64,000 nucleotides of DNA from positions 37,170 through 101,169 of the forward strand of contig JAUCBJ010007171.1 of assembly GCA_032718475.1 (NCBI GenBank), in the 5' to 3' direction. A program made the translations under genes and the position numbers. Positions 39,049 to 52,199 of this stretch are shown here, one piece after another; positions within the stretch are counted from its first letter, which is position 1; each line of letters starts with the position of its first letter. The DNA is from Nemertoderma westbladi (Eukaryota > Animalia > Xenacoelomorpha). The notes under the pieces are model-generated. The model did no database searches. It was not told the origin of the DNA and worked only from the letters and a program-made list of their open reading frames with translations.

Positions 39049-39300
39049 GGACTATGGGATGTTTCATGATAAATCGTTTTATACACGGTGCATGAAACTT
39101 GATCTTAGTTCTAGAACAATTACGAATAAAATGATATAAACAATATGACTGTGGGATGTTTCATGATAAACTGTTCTATACAAAGTGCATGAAACTTGAT
39201 CTCAGTTCTAGAACATTCTAGAATATTATTAAGAATTGTGGGGTGTTTCATGATAAGTCGTTATACACACGACGCATGAAACCTGAACCCAACTCTTGAC
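39049..39300 (+). repeat. Three ~95-bp direct repeats with a GTTTCATG...CATGAAAC hairpin in the C post-pol spacer
   Basis: GGATGTTTCATGATAA....TATAC....GCATGAAAC.TGA repeated three times. Confidence 0.75.
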
Positions 39301-40652
39301 AACATGTTGCGATAAGTCATTATTAAACATGACGCGCAGCCAACCAAAACCTTAATAATTGTATGATGATGGTGATAATACAATTGAATGCGGAATCCAT
39401 ATCCTTTATTTCGGTTAAACCAAACTCTGGGTAAATTCTGGAGATGGCCCACCACTTCATGTATAACCCGAGTACATAAGGGAGTACGAGTAACAAATAA
39501 AATTATAATAAACTACACTAGTCATGATAAGTCATTTTTAAACATGTCGCATGACAATAACAAACCTTGGTCTTGCTGTATTATGACAGCCCAATAAAAC
39601 TTGATTGTAGAGTCTTAATTATTACTCCCACTTCTTGTCAATCGCCAGAGTACAGTAAGAGATGTCAATTATTAGTTGGCTTGAAACTTCAAGAACCAAC
39701 ATAGCTTGATATTGATTAATACAATATCACATCCATATAAATCCGGTCAAGTCACTATAATAATAAGCATTACGGGAACGGTCGCGTTCCACTTAGTGGA
39801 TCTCTCCCAAGGGATGAGTAAACCTAGTTTAAGTCACTGGATCGCGTAAATCTATATATATATTATTCATTACTGGTTTAACACCACCAACCCTTTAATC
39901 ACGACATTAATACGACAATAGTATAAACACCGATACTATACAGACAAACACCACAACCAAGTAAATAAATTAAATAATACAACCAACAAAGACGTAATAA
40001 TATCACAGTAGACCCAGATCTGTGTGAATGAGCAATACACTATTCAACCGCTATATTTGCCGAATGTTGACCCTCGATAAATTAATAACTAATTTAAAAC
40101 ATTGGGACGCTGGTGTGTTGCTTGCGCAACCCTTTTATTAAGGTTCAAGATTTTTATCGTACATCTTTCCTAAATTTAATACCTATAAATTTATTTAATG
40201 AGTCCATGGAAACAAACATCAACATTCGGGAAATAGTAAGTTTGTAACGAACATTATGCGTGTTGTGACATTGGGTGTATTAGTTTGCATGATAGTACGA
40301 ATAACAACTATTCTCCGTGTATTTACTGCAGCGAACCAAAACCCTATTGCAGACTAATTGCAGTCGCACTACAATAGTCGATACACCCTGACGAATAGCC
40401 CTCCGAGAGACCGGCCTCGAGTTTTTCCTACGCGTTAGCCGCTTCGTCTTCCAACCGTTCTTCCACACCTGTTGGATAGGGAATAGGCGTAGCGGCGCTA
40501 ACGTGGCCAGGGGCAGCTCGGGTCCGTGTCGGTTGGGGATAAAGGGCGGCTTGCCACTGCCCTATATAAACTCAAATAACCATAATAATTATCGACTCAT
40601 TGGTTCACTTCTGCTGGATTTTTAACATATTTGTTTATTTATAATAACAATA

Positions 40653-42555
40653 ATGGATACTTCTAAGGACGATTCAATGGGCAATATTTATGTGAGTTAA
40701 CAACTTTCAGAGGAATATCGCCGAGGTATGAGAGAGATGATGGAGGATCTGGTGACACCCGGAGCACCACAACAGTATACGGAGCCGCTAATGTCCCCCA
40801 TAGAGATATCAGAACGACTTCATGAACAGATACACCAATATTGATGGATCATACAAACCATTCGTTATATCCGGACATCCAAGCGACCTCATATATTCCG
40901 AAGACGTTCATGAGCGACAAGATATGGAAATGTGGCGCTACCATGTACGAAGACAATGAGAGAATTCCACCCAGATGGATAATGAAGATGCGATTCAGGA
41001 CGCCATGTCAGCGAACGATGCGGAAGCTATCAACAATGTGGCTAGATGTGAGGATTTAATTACCTTCCTCAGAGAAACGTATTTAAATTTGGCAGCAGCC
41101 CAAACCCAGCAAACTCATTACCCCAAAGGCATCCACCCAGATCCAATAGTGGAACTCAAGCGCTTGTACCACACAATGATGTACTTAACCGCAGCTAGAC
41201 CTTTACCCGTGTTGCCGGATCGTTTCGATGCTATTGGGGAGTATCACAAAACTGGTTCCCGATCTCCACACATAAGTCGCCAGGACTTTAAATTATGGTA
41301 TTTCTGTGACGACTGTCCACACCCTAACCAACAAGTAAACCATGATGACCACGCATGATGGGGCCGACCGGTCAATCACCCCCGTGAACGTTGCTCTAAG
41401 CACAGTTATACGCATTTAACATATGGAGGACACGAGCGTGATTTATTCGGCGTGGATGAACGAGCCTTAAAGAAATTACATAAAATGGAGTGTTTACCCA
41501 TTGACGTCCTACGATTTTCAGTGCGGCCCCCGGCTCCTAAAGTTCAACCGTCTCTAGTTCTTCTCCAGGATTTCGGCCCTTTAGATGAGGATTACTCCGA
41601 ATACCAAGACATGATTCTACCGGAACAGCTGATCCCTCGAGAGGAACCGGTGATAACCCCCTTGATACAGGCCATGGACAACACTGCGTTCTAACCAGAG
41701 ATCAATACATTGAGAGCTCGTATCGCCGAGGAAGACCTACAATCCTTCTGGGATTTCCTTTCCAATCTCCAAGCTGAGGCTAGAGAGAAAGAACGGCGTG
41801 AGGAAGAAGCGATAGCGCTGGAGGATGCCGACCTCATCGTCTACCGCCAACCTTATGTCCAATCGTTGATGGAAGGTTTTCAACCTAAACGTTACGTTCA
41901 CCCTTCCATGCAGCATAAGGTCTTCGGCACCAAGCAACCGTGCATCATCGGCGTGGCCACTGAAACCGCTTGTGCTATTGCCGATGTTCCGATGTTAAAG
42001 ATGCCTACCCTGGAACCATTACGTGTAGATGGTGAATTAGTTCCCCTTCTCGCACTTGAGCCGACGTAATTCGGGAAAAGATCCATGGAATAAATGTAGC
42101 GCATTGTCCTTTACACTATCCCTTCTACGGAATTAAAGACCATCCTTGGTTTGTGATGTTTAAACAACACTACGTCATACAACCAGAACACCCTGGACGG
42201 GATATGTGATTCTTACCATATTGGTGAACCCCTTGGACCTCGCCTGGACCAAAACTGGAGGCTTTGCATCTACATTTGGATTATTTGGTGAAATTAACAT
42301 AGTAACATTAACTTATAACATAGTAACAATACAAGCCAGTCCACGTCCACCCTTTAACTTGGAGACATTTATGGATTACCGTCTCCTCATATACTGGAAC
42401 TTAGATGTAACCTTCCTGGAGGATGATTTGAAATATATCGAACCAAATGTAAATACTAATGATATGCATAGCTATGAATCCATAAGAATAGCGCACGGAT
42501 GACCCAGTTCATTAGATACTCAATGGAAACCAGTAGAACTGACCACCGAAGTGGC
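40653..42555 (+). pseudogene. Element C accessory ORF, N-terminal part (homolog of the A/B accessory ORF), interrupted by element D
   Basis: FLRETYLN..YPKGIH..ELKRLY.TMMYLTA.RPLPV, WYFCDDC, PEQL, HPSM, ADVPML and FYGIKDHP match B. Confidence 0.85.
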
Positions 42556-44461
42556 TATAGAATTATATTCCCTAAATGCCGTGGATTTTCAAAATTTTAT
42601 TTTTATTCGAATTAACTTTGTAAAAGATTGCTTTGAGTCCTCATTTGTATTGCTATTTCTATTTGTACGCCTATTATTCAAGTGGTTCAGTAGCTCAGTC
42701 GGTAGAGCGTTGGAAATTATATGTGTAGTAGGTATTGAGTTCGAATCCTAGTAAGTGCGAATTATTTTTTGTACAGAATTTCAACTCATTTAAATTAACC
42801 GCTACAAATTAAATTGCATTTGTTTGTACCTAGATTAACCAATGAGACTGCAGTTATTTGATCGTAACCAATGTCGTGCAAGTTATATATTAGCTGGACC
42901 AATAGTTATCTTTAAAAACCTGTTAGAACCTATAGAACAATCGAGAATTTTCTCGATTGATTGCAGCACAAATTTGCTATATAAAGGTGCGATTTGTTCA
43001 TTAGTTATCTCTCAATCACTTCTTGCAATATCTCTTCTGTATTATTCAATATTGTTTATTCTGTCATTAGTTTTCAGATTATATTCGTATTATTATCTGC
43101 AATAAATTCAGAAATACCGCTACCAGCCTTTTCTATCTGTTTTACCATGATTCACTACGGTGAACAAACTTAAGAACAGGATGGCCGGCTAGAGATCGGG
43201 CCGCAGCAATGAACGGGAACATCACGGGAATGTAGACAGGAGACAACCCGCAATACCATCTCAGTTATTCGCCCATCGCCTGAAAGGTTAGACAGCGTTC
43301 GACGCCTTGCTACCTAAGCGTAAGACCAAAAATCAAAAGGTAGAAGTAGTGACACGCTGTAAGCCTAAAATTACATCTTAGGGACTGTACTGTCTTGATT
43401 CAGGAAAAAACCACAGTAGACCTTCACATTCCTACGGGGGAGAGCGCAGGCAGAGATACTAGTACGCAGATAGGACGTAGGCACACCGGTACTAAGCATA
43501 CACATTGGTAGGGTGCAGCAAACTGTACGCCTAACTCTTGCTAAGTGCAGGTGCGTTTGCGACTATATGTAGTACAACGGTGTCCATTGCATTAGAACTT
43601 GTAGGCTAGGAGGGTTGCTGTGTTTCACCTGAATTGGGATTGTACCGTTCAGGCGGTAGGACAGTTTACAACTAGGCGCAAATAAATTGAGGCTATTAGG
43701 GATATACTAACATCTACCGTGTCCCCGCCAACGTCTTGATAGGAAGTTACCCAGCCTACCTAGGTGACTAAAATTCTAGATAGGACGCCAGGATAGCTAT
43801 TTGTAACAGTACGCCTACTGTAGTAAACTAACACATTTCTTCTTAGTATTAGGGGCCTGGTAAATTAAAATTGCCGAATTCTGGGCGTAGCATTAACCTT
43901 ATGCCTGAATTTGAGTCCTGGAAATACGCAAGAGGGGAAGGAACCTTATCATTCGTGAGTATTGGACCTACAAGTTACAAAATTAAAATATTCGTAAAAT
44001 GCACACCGTACCCAGTAATTATATATGTGAAGGAGTAAAACTGCTTTTGACCATTCAGAATTAACACACGCGCGTTAGAAATTATTTACACCTCAAAATA
44101 TATAAAATTAACTTTGTCCGTACTGTGCTTTGCCCGCTAGTTAGACATCTCAAAATCTCTGCCTCTGTACCTAGCTAGCGTCCCTTTCGCCCAACCATAT
44201 AAATCACACCGCGGCAAAGTATACGAGCCCTTTAGTCCGTCAGTGAGTCAGCCTGATTTTAGGATTCGCTGCGCGGGATTTTGTTTTATCGAAGTTTGTC
44301 TGCTCGTAGACTGTTTTCTGCCTCACCGGTTATAAGAGATCGATACTGCAATATATTCGCTTACTTAGAGTTTACTGTTTTGGTGAGAAGGTCGGATTTA
44401 TGATTTGATTCACAAACTTTACAGTAGGATATTGCAGGTATTGTTACTGTCTCTTCAAATA
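42556..44461 (+). repeat. 5' LTR of element D (1906 bp, TAT...ATA termini)
   Basis: Direct repeat of 57823-59716; TATA box at ~42979; AATAAA at 43101 and 43681. Confidence 0.96.
42684..42770 (+). ncRNA. tRNA-like Pol III cassette in the D LTR (second copy 57951-58037)
   Basis: A box TAGCTCAGTCGG with a perfect D-stem GCTC/GAGC, B box GAGTTCGAATCC and T6 terminator; acceptor and anticodon stems do not pair. Confidence 0.7.
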
Positions 44462-44480
44462 GTAGGAATGTGTTTTACTG
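44462..44480 (+). promoter_or_regulatory. Non-tRNA primer-binding site of D, complementary to its own LTR (43425-43435 and 43414-43420)
   Basis: GTAGGAATGTG is the exact reverse complement of CACATTCCTAC; no TGG start. Confidence 0.72.
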
Positions 44481-45270
44481 AACTACGGTTCGGTAGGACT
44501 AAAGTTATTTGAAAATTCTGTATTTTGAGGTAAAATTCATATTTGATTAGCTAAGTGCTAATTTTTTGAAATAAAAATTTGATTTGAACCGCGCGTAAAA
44601 TATTTTTGGAATTGAATACCGGTGTTTAAAAGGGTTTAAATACCATATTGTACCGGTACAAAATTTTTCGTAAAAGTAAAACCTAACTCTTTTGTTTTTC
44701 AGGATTCAGAACTCATTTCTAGACTGTAACGAGAGCAAGACCGTGTTTAGCAAGTTTGGGAGATAGATAACTCAACAACTTTGGTTGGGAAAATTGCGCT
44801 TCGTCCGCAACGTTAAAAACGGAAAGGTTCACGTCCGGTTTGTATCTGGGAATCTGTTTTTCTGGAGAATTATTGGAGTGGGTGAGTTCGAAAAGTTGCA
44901 TAAATAAGTTAGGCATTACCGCATTAGTTAAAATTATTGTGGGTTCCACTGTCTCAAGTATTTATGCATTCCGTATGATTTCTTTGTTCATTGCTGAATT
45001 AGTCCGTATTATTGTATTTAATTTACCTTTTGATAACGCATATCGTTATCCGATTTATTTGTTATAAAATTGGCCGCTAGGCTAAATTTATTATATACTT
45101 ATTCCGTGACATTTATTTGCTGTAAAATTGGCCGTTTAGGCTAATTTTATCCACCTGCTATAAAATCGGCCGGTAGGCTAATTTTATATGACTGTAATTA
45201 GTACCGTTTAGACAAAATACGGTAAGTTTGATACTTTGACACTCACTTTACTTGACTTACAACTACCGAA

Positions 45271-48200
45271 ATGAGTGACAAACAAGACTATACGAAGAAT
45301 ACACCTACCGACTATGACTCATGTGACGCGGATAAGTCAGCAGCGGAAGAACAACAGGGGAAGACTCGCGAGCCTACCGAACCTACACCGTGTGCGTCAC
45401 CAGTACATCCAACGGGAGTACCAGATGCCGTAGTACGAGGCGACGGCAGGACCGAGGACTTTCTAACTGTTCCGCAACCTAGATACAGGGAAACGGACAT
45501 GGTAAGTTCAGCAGGAAGCACAGAAAGTGTGGTTAGAAGCGTCGGCGGTTACATGGCGCATATTACCAGGAGTATTGGAGAAGGCCAACGCATATTAGAC
45601 GAGTTAACCGCTCCGATGTCTCGGCTCGAGTTCTACACTCTACAGGTGAGAGTACAGAGTAAAGTATATAAGTCCGTAGATAACCTAATTGGTCTGCAAG
45701 ATCTAGCTAGACAGAGACAGGATATGGACACTCAGCTTAGAATCCTCGAGAAACTAATGATCGCTAGAGAGAAACTGATTCAGTTTAAGTCGACGATTAG
45801 GCAGATACAACAGGAACAAGCGGACCAGTTGTTAGGTGAGTCAGTTTCGGACGAATTATTGCAACCCGAGGAAGAACAGGAACTGTACCGACTGGATGGA
45901 CAATTGAAACACCTGACGGATCACTTACGCATGTGCGGTGAGGACGTCGGAGATTGGGAAACCGTGCCGGAGGCTACGAGGGAAACTTCACTCGCACAAA
46001 TCGAACTGGCACCGGGGACACTAAATCAATCACTGGTGAGTATTCGCAGCGAAATTGGCGAGGTGAGTATGGCTACGTCAGAAATTGCTCGACAACAGCA
46101 ACTCTACAGACAACAACAGGAGATGGAGGAACAAACTCAACTGCTAATGGCACAAGCAGCCGTACAAGAAGAGAAACTACGGGTTGCGAATGTTGCAAGA
46201 ATTTCTCATCTGCAAGAACAAGCCGAGTTGGAAGCAGCCGAGATGGAAAGGTTAGAGTTGGACATTGCACAACAAATGCGGCAGCGGCAGCGGCTGAGTT
46301 AGAGCGACAAGCGGCGGCAGCGGCAGCGGCTGAGTTAGAGCGACAAGCGGCGGCGGCAGCAGCAGCTGAGTTAGAGCGACAAGCGGCGGCGGCAGCAGCA
46401 GCGGCCGAGTTAGAGCGACGGAGGTTAGTATCAGAAGCGAGAGCCGAGATGAAAAAACGGCAAATAAAGGCTCAATCAGCTATACGACAAGCGGAGTTCG
46501 AGGCGCAACAACAACAGACGGAACAACGCGAGAAGGAAGTTAAACTTCATTTCGAACTCGGGAAGAAGGCGAGAGAATTAGCCAATGCGAAGGAAGATCT
46601 GGATCTACAAGCCCGCGATCGATCGATGAGATCTCGTGACGGACACGATTTAGACCGGTTAGAGGTAAGACACCGCCAAATTCAGGAACGAATGAAGGAA
46701 GGAAGTGTAGGGGCACCTGGGCGAGAAAGACAATTAGTTAAAGACTTATGTCAAAGATTCCCTCAGGTAACTCCTATGTTTGCACCGGTTACGACTAAGG
46801 AACCTGTTTCGATTGCTGGTAGTAGTAATATTTCTCCTATCCATGGTGCGACGGAACACAGGTTTGTTATTCCGGACAAGTTTACACCGCCAAGAGCAAC
46901 GTCATCGCCTATTCCAAAAGTCAAGGTAAGTAACCCGCCGATTACAGATCGTAGTAGTTTATTAGTCGAACCTGTATTACTGACGACTAAACAGGTGAGT
47001 CCACCTTTGACACCTAAACCGGTTACGCACTACGCTTACCCAATGACGTTTCGACCTACAAGGCCAGTTGATTCAAAAGCGGTTATTCGACCACCGTTCA
47101 ACCAGTTTACATCGCAATCTACGACTTCGAGGAAGACTTGTGAGCCTACCGAACAACGGAGACCAGTGGATACGCGACCGTTCAACCAGTTTACATCGCA
47201 ATCTACGACTTCGAGGAAGACTTGTGAGCCTACCGAACAACGGAGATCAGTGGACGATGTTCCGGAACGAAAAGTGAGAATTCGTACGACGCAACGGACG
47301 CGAGCACGTCGACCACCATACCCAGATGATAGTAGTACTTCGAGCGAATCGGATTACCCGAAACGCGAGGTATTTAGAACAGGGGCGGCCGATGAATATA
47401 AACGCGAGCGTTCAGACAACTCCTTTGTAGACAATCCTCCACAGAATACACCAACACAGAAGGCGTTACAACCAACGGACGCAATCAGTACACAACAGTT
47501 CGCCGACATCATGCGACCAGTTGTTAACAAGTTGGCTCAGATCGAGGAACGCTTGGAGGAAGTTCACACCGACAGTTCGAGAAATTCCGAATTCGAACAC
47601 AATAGACACCCGAAGGAACCACAAAGACCGGTACCTTCAAAACACACATCGTATCAGGGAAAAGCGCCAAGAAGGGACATCAACCAGATTACCAACCAAG
47701 GACGCGAAACTCTGAACGTTGCCGAGGAGATAGCGAAATTCGCAGCCAGACAGGGATTGCCGGTACAACAACCACCGAAGTTTTCCGGTAGCTCAAAACA
47801 CTGGCACACTTTCGTGGACTATATCGAATCTCAGATCGCCGTGTGCGCCTTTACATCACGGGAGAAGTTTAATTACCTGCTTCAAACGTTGTCAGGAGAA
47901 CCTAAACGTTTGGCAGAGACCTTCGTTGGTGTACCGGACGCTTTCGAACTAGCGTACGATCGTTTAACTTCGATATACGGAGGTACAGTCAGCATGGCCA
48001 GGTCAGTGATAGAGGAACTCTGTAAGGGAGGGGCTATCACTAAACCCGTCGACTTATTAAAACTGGCTGACGAGATAAAGAACGCTATCACTACTTTGAG
48101 ATCCATTGGACAACTTGACTACGGGAATACCCCTACAGTCCTATTAAAGATCATAGGACGACTCCACATTCGACTTCGTCGGGAGTGGAGGAAGATCGAA

Positions 48201-50096
48201 TACCAGCGAGAAGAGCGGGGTGGATTCTTAAAATTGGAAGATGTGTACCTTTTGATATCCAGGGAGGCAGTGGTAGAAACTCGATCCAACTACACTGACC
48301 AGCACATCGTGGCAGAAGGAATCACCTTGCCATCCTCAAACCGACAAAAACCCCAGACAACATCCACTAAGACGGCCACTTACGCCACACCGACGGAATC
48401 ACGACAATTCTCGGACGGTAGTAGGGTATCTGCGCCCATTGGGACAAAACAGACGAGACAGCAACTCAGTACCAACTTCAGCGGCTGCCAATACTGCGAG
48501 CATTTAGGCAAGCGGTATATCGGTCACAAGTTGAGAGGTTGTCGACAGTTTCGCGAGTTAAACTCGGAAGAACGACGGCTGCAGATACGGCCATTGGACT
48601 CTTGTTGGCGGTGTACGCGACACGGACACGTTCGCAAGGATTGCCCAAATACCGACACTTGTCCATCCTGTGGACGCAACCACGACGGTCTGCTCCACAC
48701 AGACAGCCACACGCCGACAAAACGCTTCACCAGGGAACACCCGGAAGCAGCAGCGAAATGTGATGCGGCCTACAAAAATCGAGAATCGAAAACGACTCCA
48801 ACCTTTGTGACACATATCAAGGATTGCTTCTCAGAACAATCCGGATCGTCGGACGAAGAGTCAGAAGACGACGACGTATATTCTGATGGAGACGACCAAC
48901 CATCGATCGCGCTTCTGACAACTGACCAACTAAAGGGATTCAGCGTAATTCCGATTAAGATTACTGGCACAAAGGGGAGCAAGAGAATCTACGCTATCCT
49001 GGATTCAGCCTCATCTCACAGCTACGTGGATGAGCAGATAGCTGACGTAGTGACGGATCTCAGACAAGGTAAGTGCGTCAGCTATACCGTAAGTAGTATG
49101 CACGGACAACGTGCAATACCAGTGACACGAGTTAAGTTGGATTTAGACACTCTTCTTCCAAAATCGCAACACAGCGAGAGGGAGAGGTCTTTGTTACCCT
49201 TCAAGGATTTGACTTTTGCAGCCACCAAAGACTTTAGTAACCTACTAGGTCCTGTCCCAGAACAATCCTTGGAGGACCGTAAGTATTTCAGACACCTTGG
49301 TGTACCTGAATGTCCTGTCAATTATAGATCGGTAGCCATGCTGATCGGGACAGACCAATTCAATCTACATCAAGTGTGGGAAACCAGACCATCGGCAGTC
49401 GTAGCGGGAAACGCATACGCCTGTAGAACGCCGATAGGGTGGTATACTCGAGCGCCTGTGCGCACACTGGACATAAGTGACGAGGAAGACGATGTACAAA
49501 GTACATGTAGTTTATTAACTACAAATTCAATTCATTCCTTTTCACACGACGTGGACCATACTACCTTACATACAAAACATGACAGACGTGTAACTAGTAT
49601 GATAAGTCACAAGGAGCAGCTAATTCACCAGGTGAGTTTAGAACTTGGGGAGAAGACGAGTCAGCTAGAGATTCCATCGACGACAGATGATAACGCCGGA
49701 AGGCTTGCGAGTCTACCTACCCCAACAACCTCAACAATGCCTGTCGATATCGATGATGACGAGTTGAGAAATCATCAAGTGGAACAAGCTGCACTGGACA
49801 AAGAATTAACGGAGAAGACTATCAGGTGGTTAGAACAAGATACAGCTGAACCTGGTAGCTACGAACCATGTATGTCGGAACAGGAGAAACAATCTTTGAG
49901 GATCATGGAAGATACTATCCGCCAGACGGAGGACGGACATTATGAGGTAGGGAAGTTATGGCGTAGCCAAAGTCCTAAACTCATAAATAACTACCCACTA
50001 GCTTTAAGACGTCTACACTCAATACGACAACGTCTATTAAAGGACGAGAAAGCCCATCTGCAGTACAACACTCAGATGGAGACGTATTTGATTTAA
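45271..50096 (+). pseudogene. gag: Element D gag-protease (frameshift in the Ala repeat ~46277; stop at 50096)
   Basis: PKFSGSSKHW, KFNYL; CQYC..H..C, CWRC..GH..C and CPSC..H..LLH knuckles; ILDSAS, LIGTD and TPIGW; 84-bp in-frame duplication at ~47093-47255. Confidence 0.92.
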
Positions 50097-50659
50097 TTGT
50101 AATCGTAATTGTATACGCTATCCGAATGACTAACCCAGAGATAGTGACTAACCAGACATACTATTTGCCACATCACTATGTGAGACACCCCGACAAACCA
50201 GACAAAGTACGGGTAGTCAATGACTGTGCGGCTCTGTTTGAGGGAATGTCCCTCAATAGCGAGTTGATGGATGGACCAAACATGAATAATTATCTTATGG
50301 GGGTGATTATGCGCTTCTGTCAGCGTCAAGTAGCTTTTACTTGTGACGTTGAAGCTATGTTTCACCAAGTGAGAGCGTTAGAGCAAGACAGAGACAGTTT
50401 GAGGTTCCTCTGGTATCCGGAAGGAGACTTAAGTCTACCACCGGCGACTTACCAAATGCAAGTTCGCGTTTTCGGTGCCAGAGACAGCCCAAACTGTACG
50501 ATGTACGCCCTAAAACAAGCCGCTAGGGATCAGAAACATTTATATGACCCAGAGATAATTAGGATTGTGGAGCGTGACTTTTACGTCGACGACGGTTTAC
50601 AGAGTTGCGACACAGTAGAACGTGCTACAACAGTAGCACATCAATTACGGGACTGCTTA

Positions 50660-51096
50660 CCATGCTGGGCTCTAACTGCTGAGGACACCAAATCTCTGGA
50701 TGGCACATTCACAAGAATGCTACGCCGGGTACATTGTGTCAAGTACAATGCACACATCTCCAACCAGACACTATATAACATTGGAGGTGTCTCATTGGTT
50801 CCCCCAAGCTTGACACTAGAACAAAATCGCCTCCGCTTTGCAGGACATTGCTTTCGCCGTGAGGACCAGCCAGTGCATAATCTTGTACTTTGGCAGCCTC
50901 ATGGAGTGAATAAGCATGGTGGACAGCCTATGACTTTCTTGAGACGCATCTTAAAGGACACTGGCCTTAAAGATGCGGATGATCTAGCAAATGTCATGGG
51001 TGATAGGGAGTTGTGGCGGTGCAATTTTGTTGACAAGCCGGCACAGCATTCTTAAAAATGCAGCTGCAATGCAGCATGCCGATCATAGTAGTAGTA
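50660..51096 (+). mobile_element. 5'-truncated RTE LINE (437 bp) inserted in the D RT
   Basis: Near-identical to the reverse complement of 11113-11545, ends (TAG)n, and interrupts RDCL|AGGGFNLTKF. Confidence 0.93.
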
Positions 51097-52199
51097 GCGG
51101 GCGGAGGTTTTAACCTCACCAAATTCGCCTCAAACAGTGCCGAATTAGTAGACTCATTCGGAACGACTGAGCATGGAGGTGGTGACATAGACCTAGAGTT
51201 CGAACCACTACCGACGACCAAGGTGTTGGGGCTCTTTTGGGACCCAAACACGGACAACTTTCGAGTAAAGGTGAGACTGGACAGTCAAGAAAACACACTG
51301 ACAAAGAGATCATGCTTGTCAAAATTGAGCCGATTGTTCGATCCATTAGGATTCATCAGTCCAATAATACTGCAAGCCCGCATTTATATGCGCAGTATTT
51401 GGAAGGATGGACTGACATGGGACGAGCCGATCTCATCAGACCAAGTGGACTTATGGAAGACCTGGGAGGCGGAATTATCTTCGCTAGAGGATTATTCCAT
51501 ACCCAGAGTCTACTTTCCATTACAAACAACGTTTCCTGACAACTTGGAATTACATTGTTTTTCTGACGCCAGTGACAACGGTTTTGGTGTGGCAGCGTAC
51601 TTGCGCAGACAAGTAGACTCAGAAGAATTCGATGTTTCGCTCATTACTTCTAAGGCAAAAACAATGCCTACTAAGTATATGACGACACCACGAGCTGAGC
51701 TACAAGCCGCAACCCTGTCAACCACCATCGTGAACCTTATACAGACAGAACGACAGTCAAGTTTACAGATATTTTATTGGACTGACGCGACGTTGGTTTT
51801 ATTTTACATAAATAACGACACACTTGAATTCAAGACATTCGTAGCTAACCGTCGCGCGGAAATTCTAGACCGTTCAATAAAAGAAGATTGGCGACATTGT
51901 CCCGGACCACAAAACCCAGCCGATATTGCGTCGCGAGGAATGATGCCTGAGGAATTCTGTAAACCGGAGAACAAAGAATTTTGGCAACACGGACCCCAAT
52001 TCTTGCAGAAATCGACGCAAGATTGGCCACCACTATATGACAACAAGTCTAACACTATCCCTAAAGACGCGGAAATCAAGAAACCAAAAAAGGGGAAGGC
52101 AAAGAAAAAGACGACGGCAGCGAAACTCAAGAAAAAACCGAAGGCGAAATGGAAAGATATAACTTCAAAGGTCAAGAGAGGAAGACTTGCGAGCCTTTC

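Noticed and set aside
42684-42760. Functional tRNA gene or self-encoded tRNA primer
   Set aside because: Acceptor and anticodon stems do not pair, and there is no complementarity to the post-LTR sequence.
43436-43560. Ribozyme or tRNA-like fold that could cut at the primer 3' end
   Set aside because: I could not fit HDV, hammerhead or cloverleaf consensus by eye; an Infernal/Rfam search is needed.
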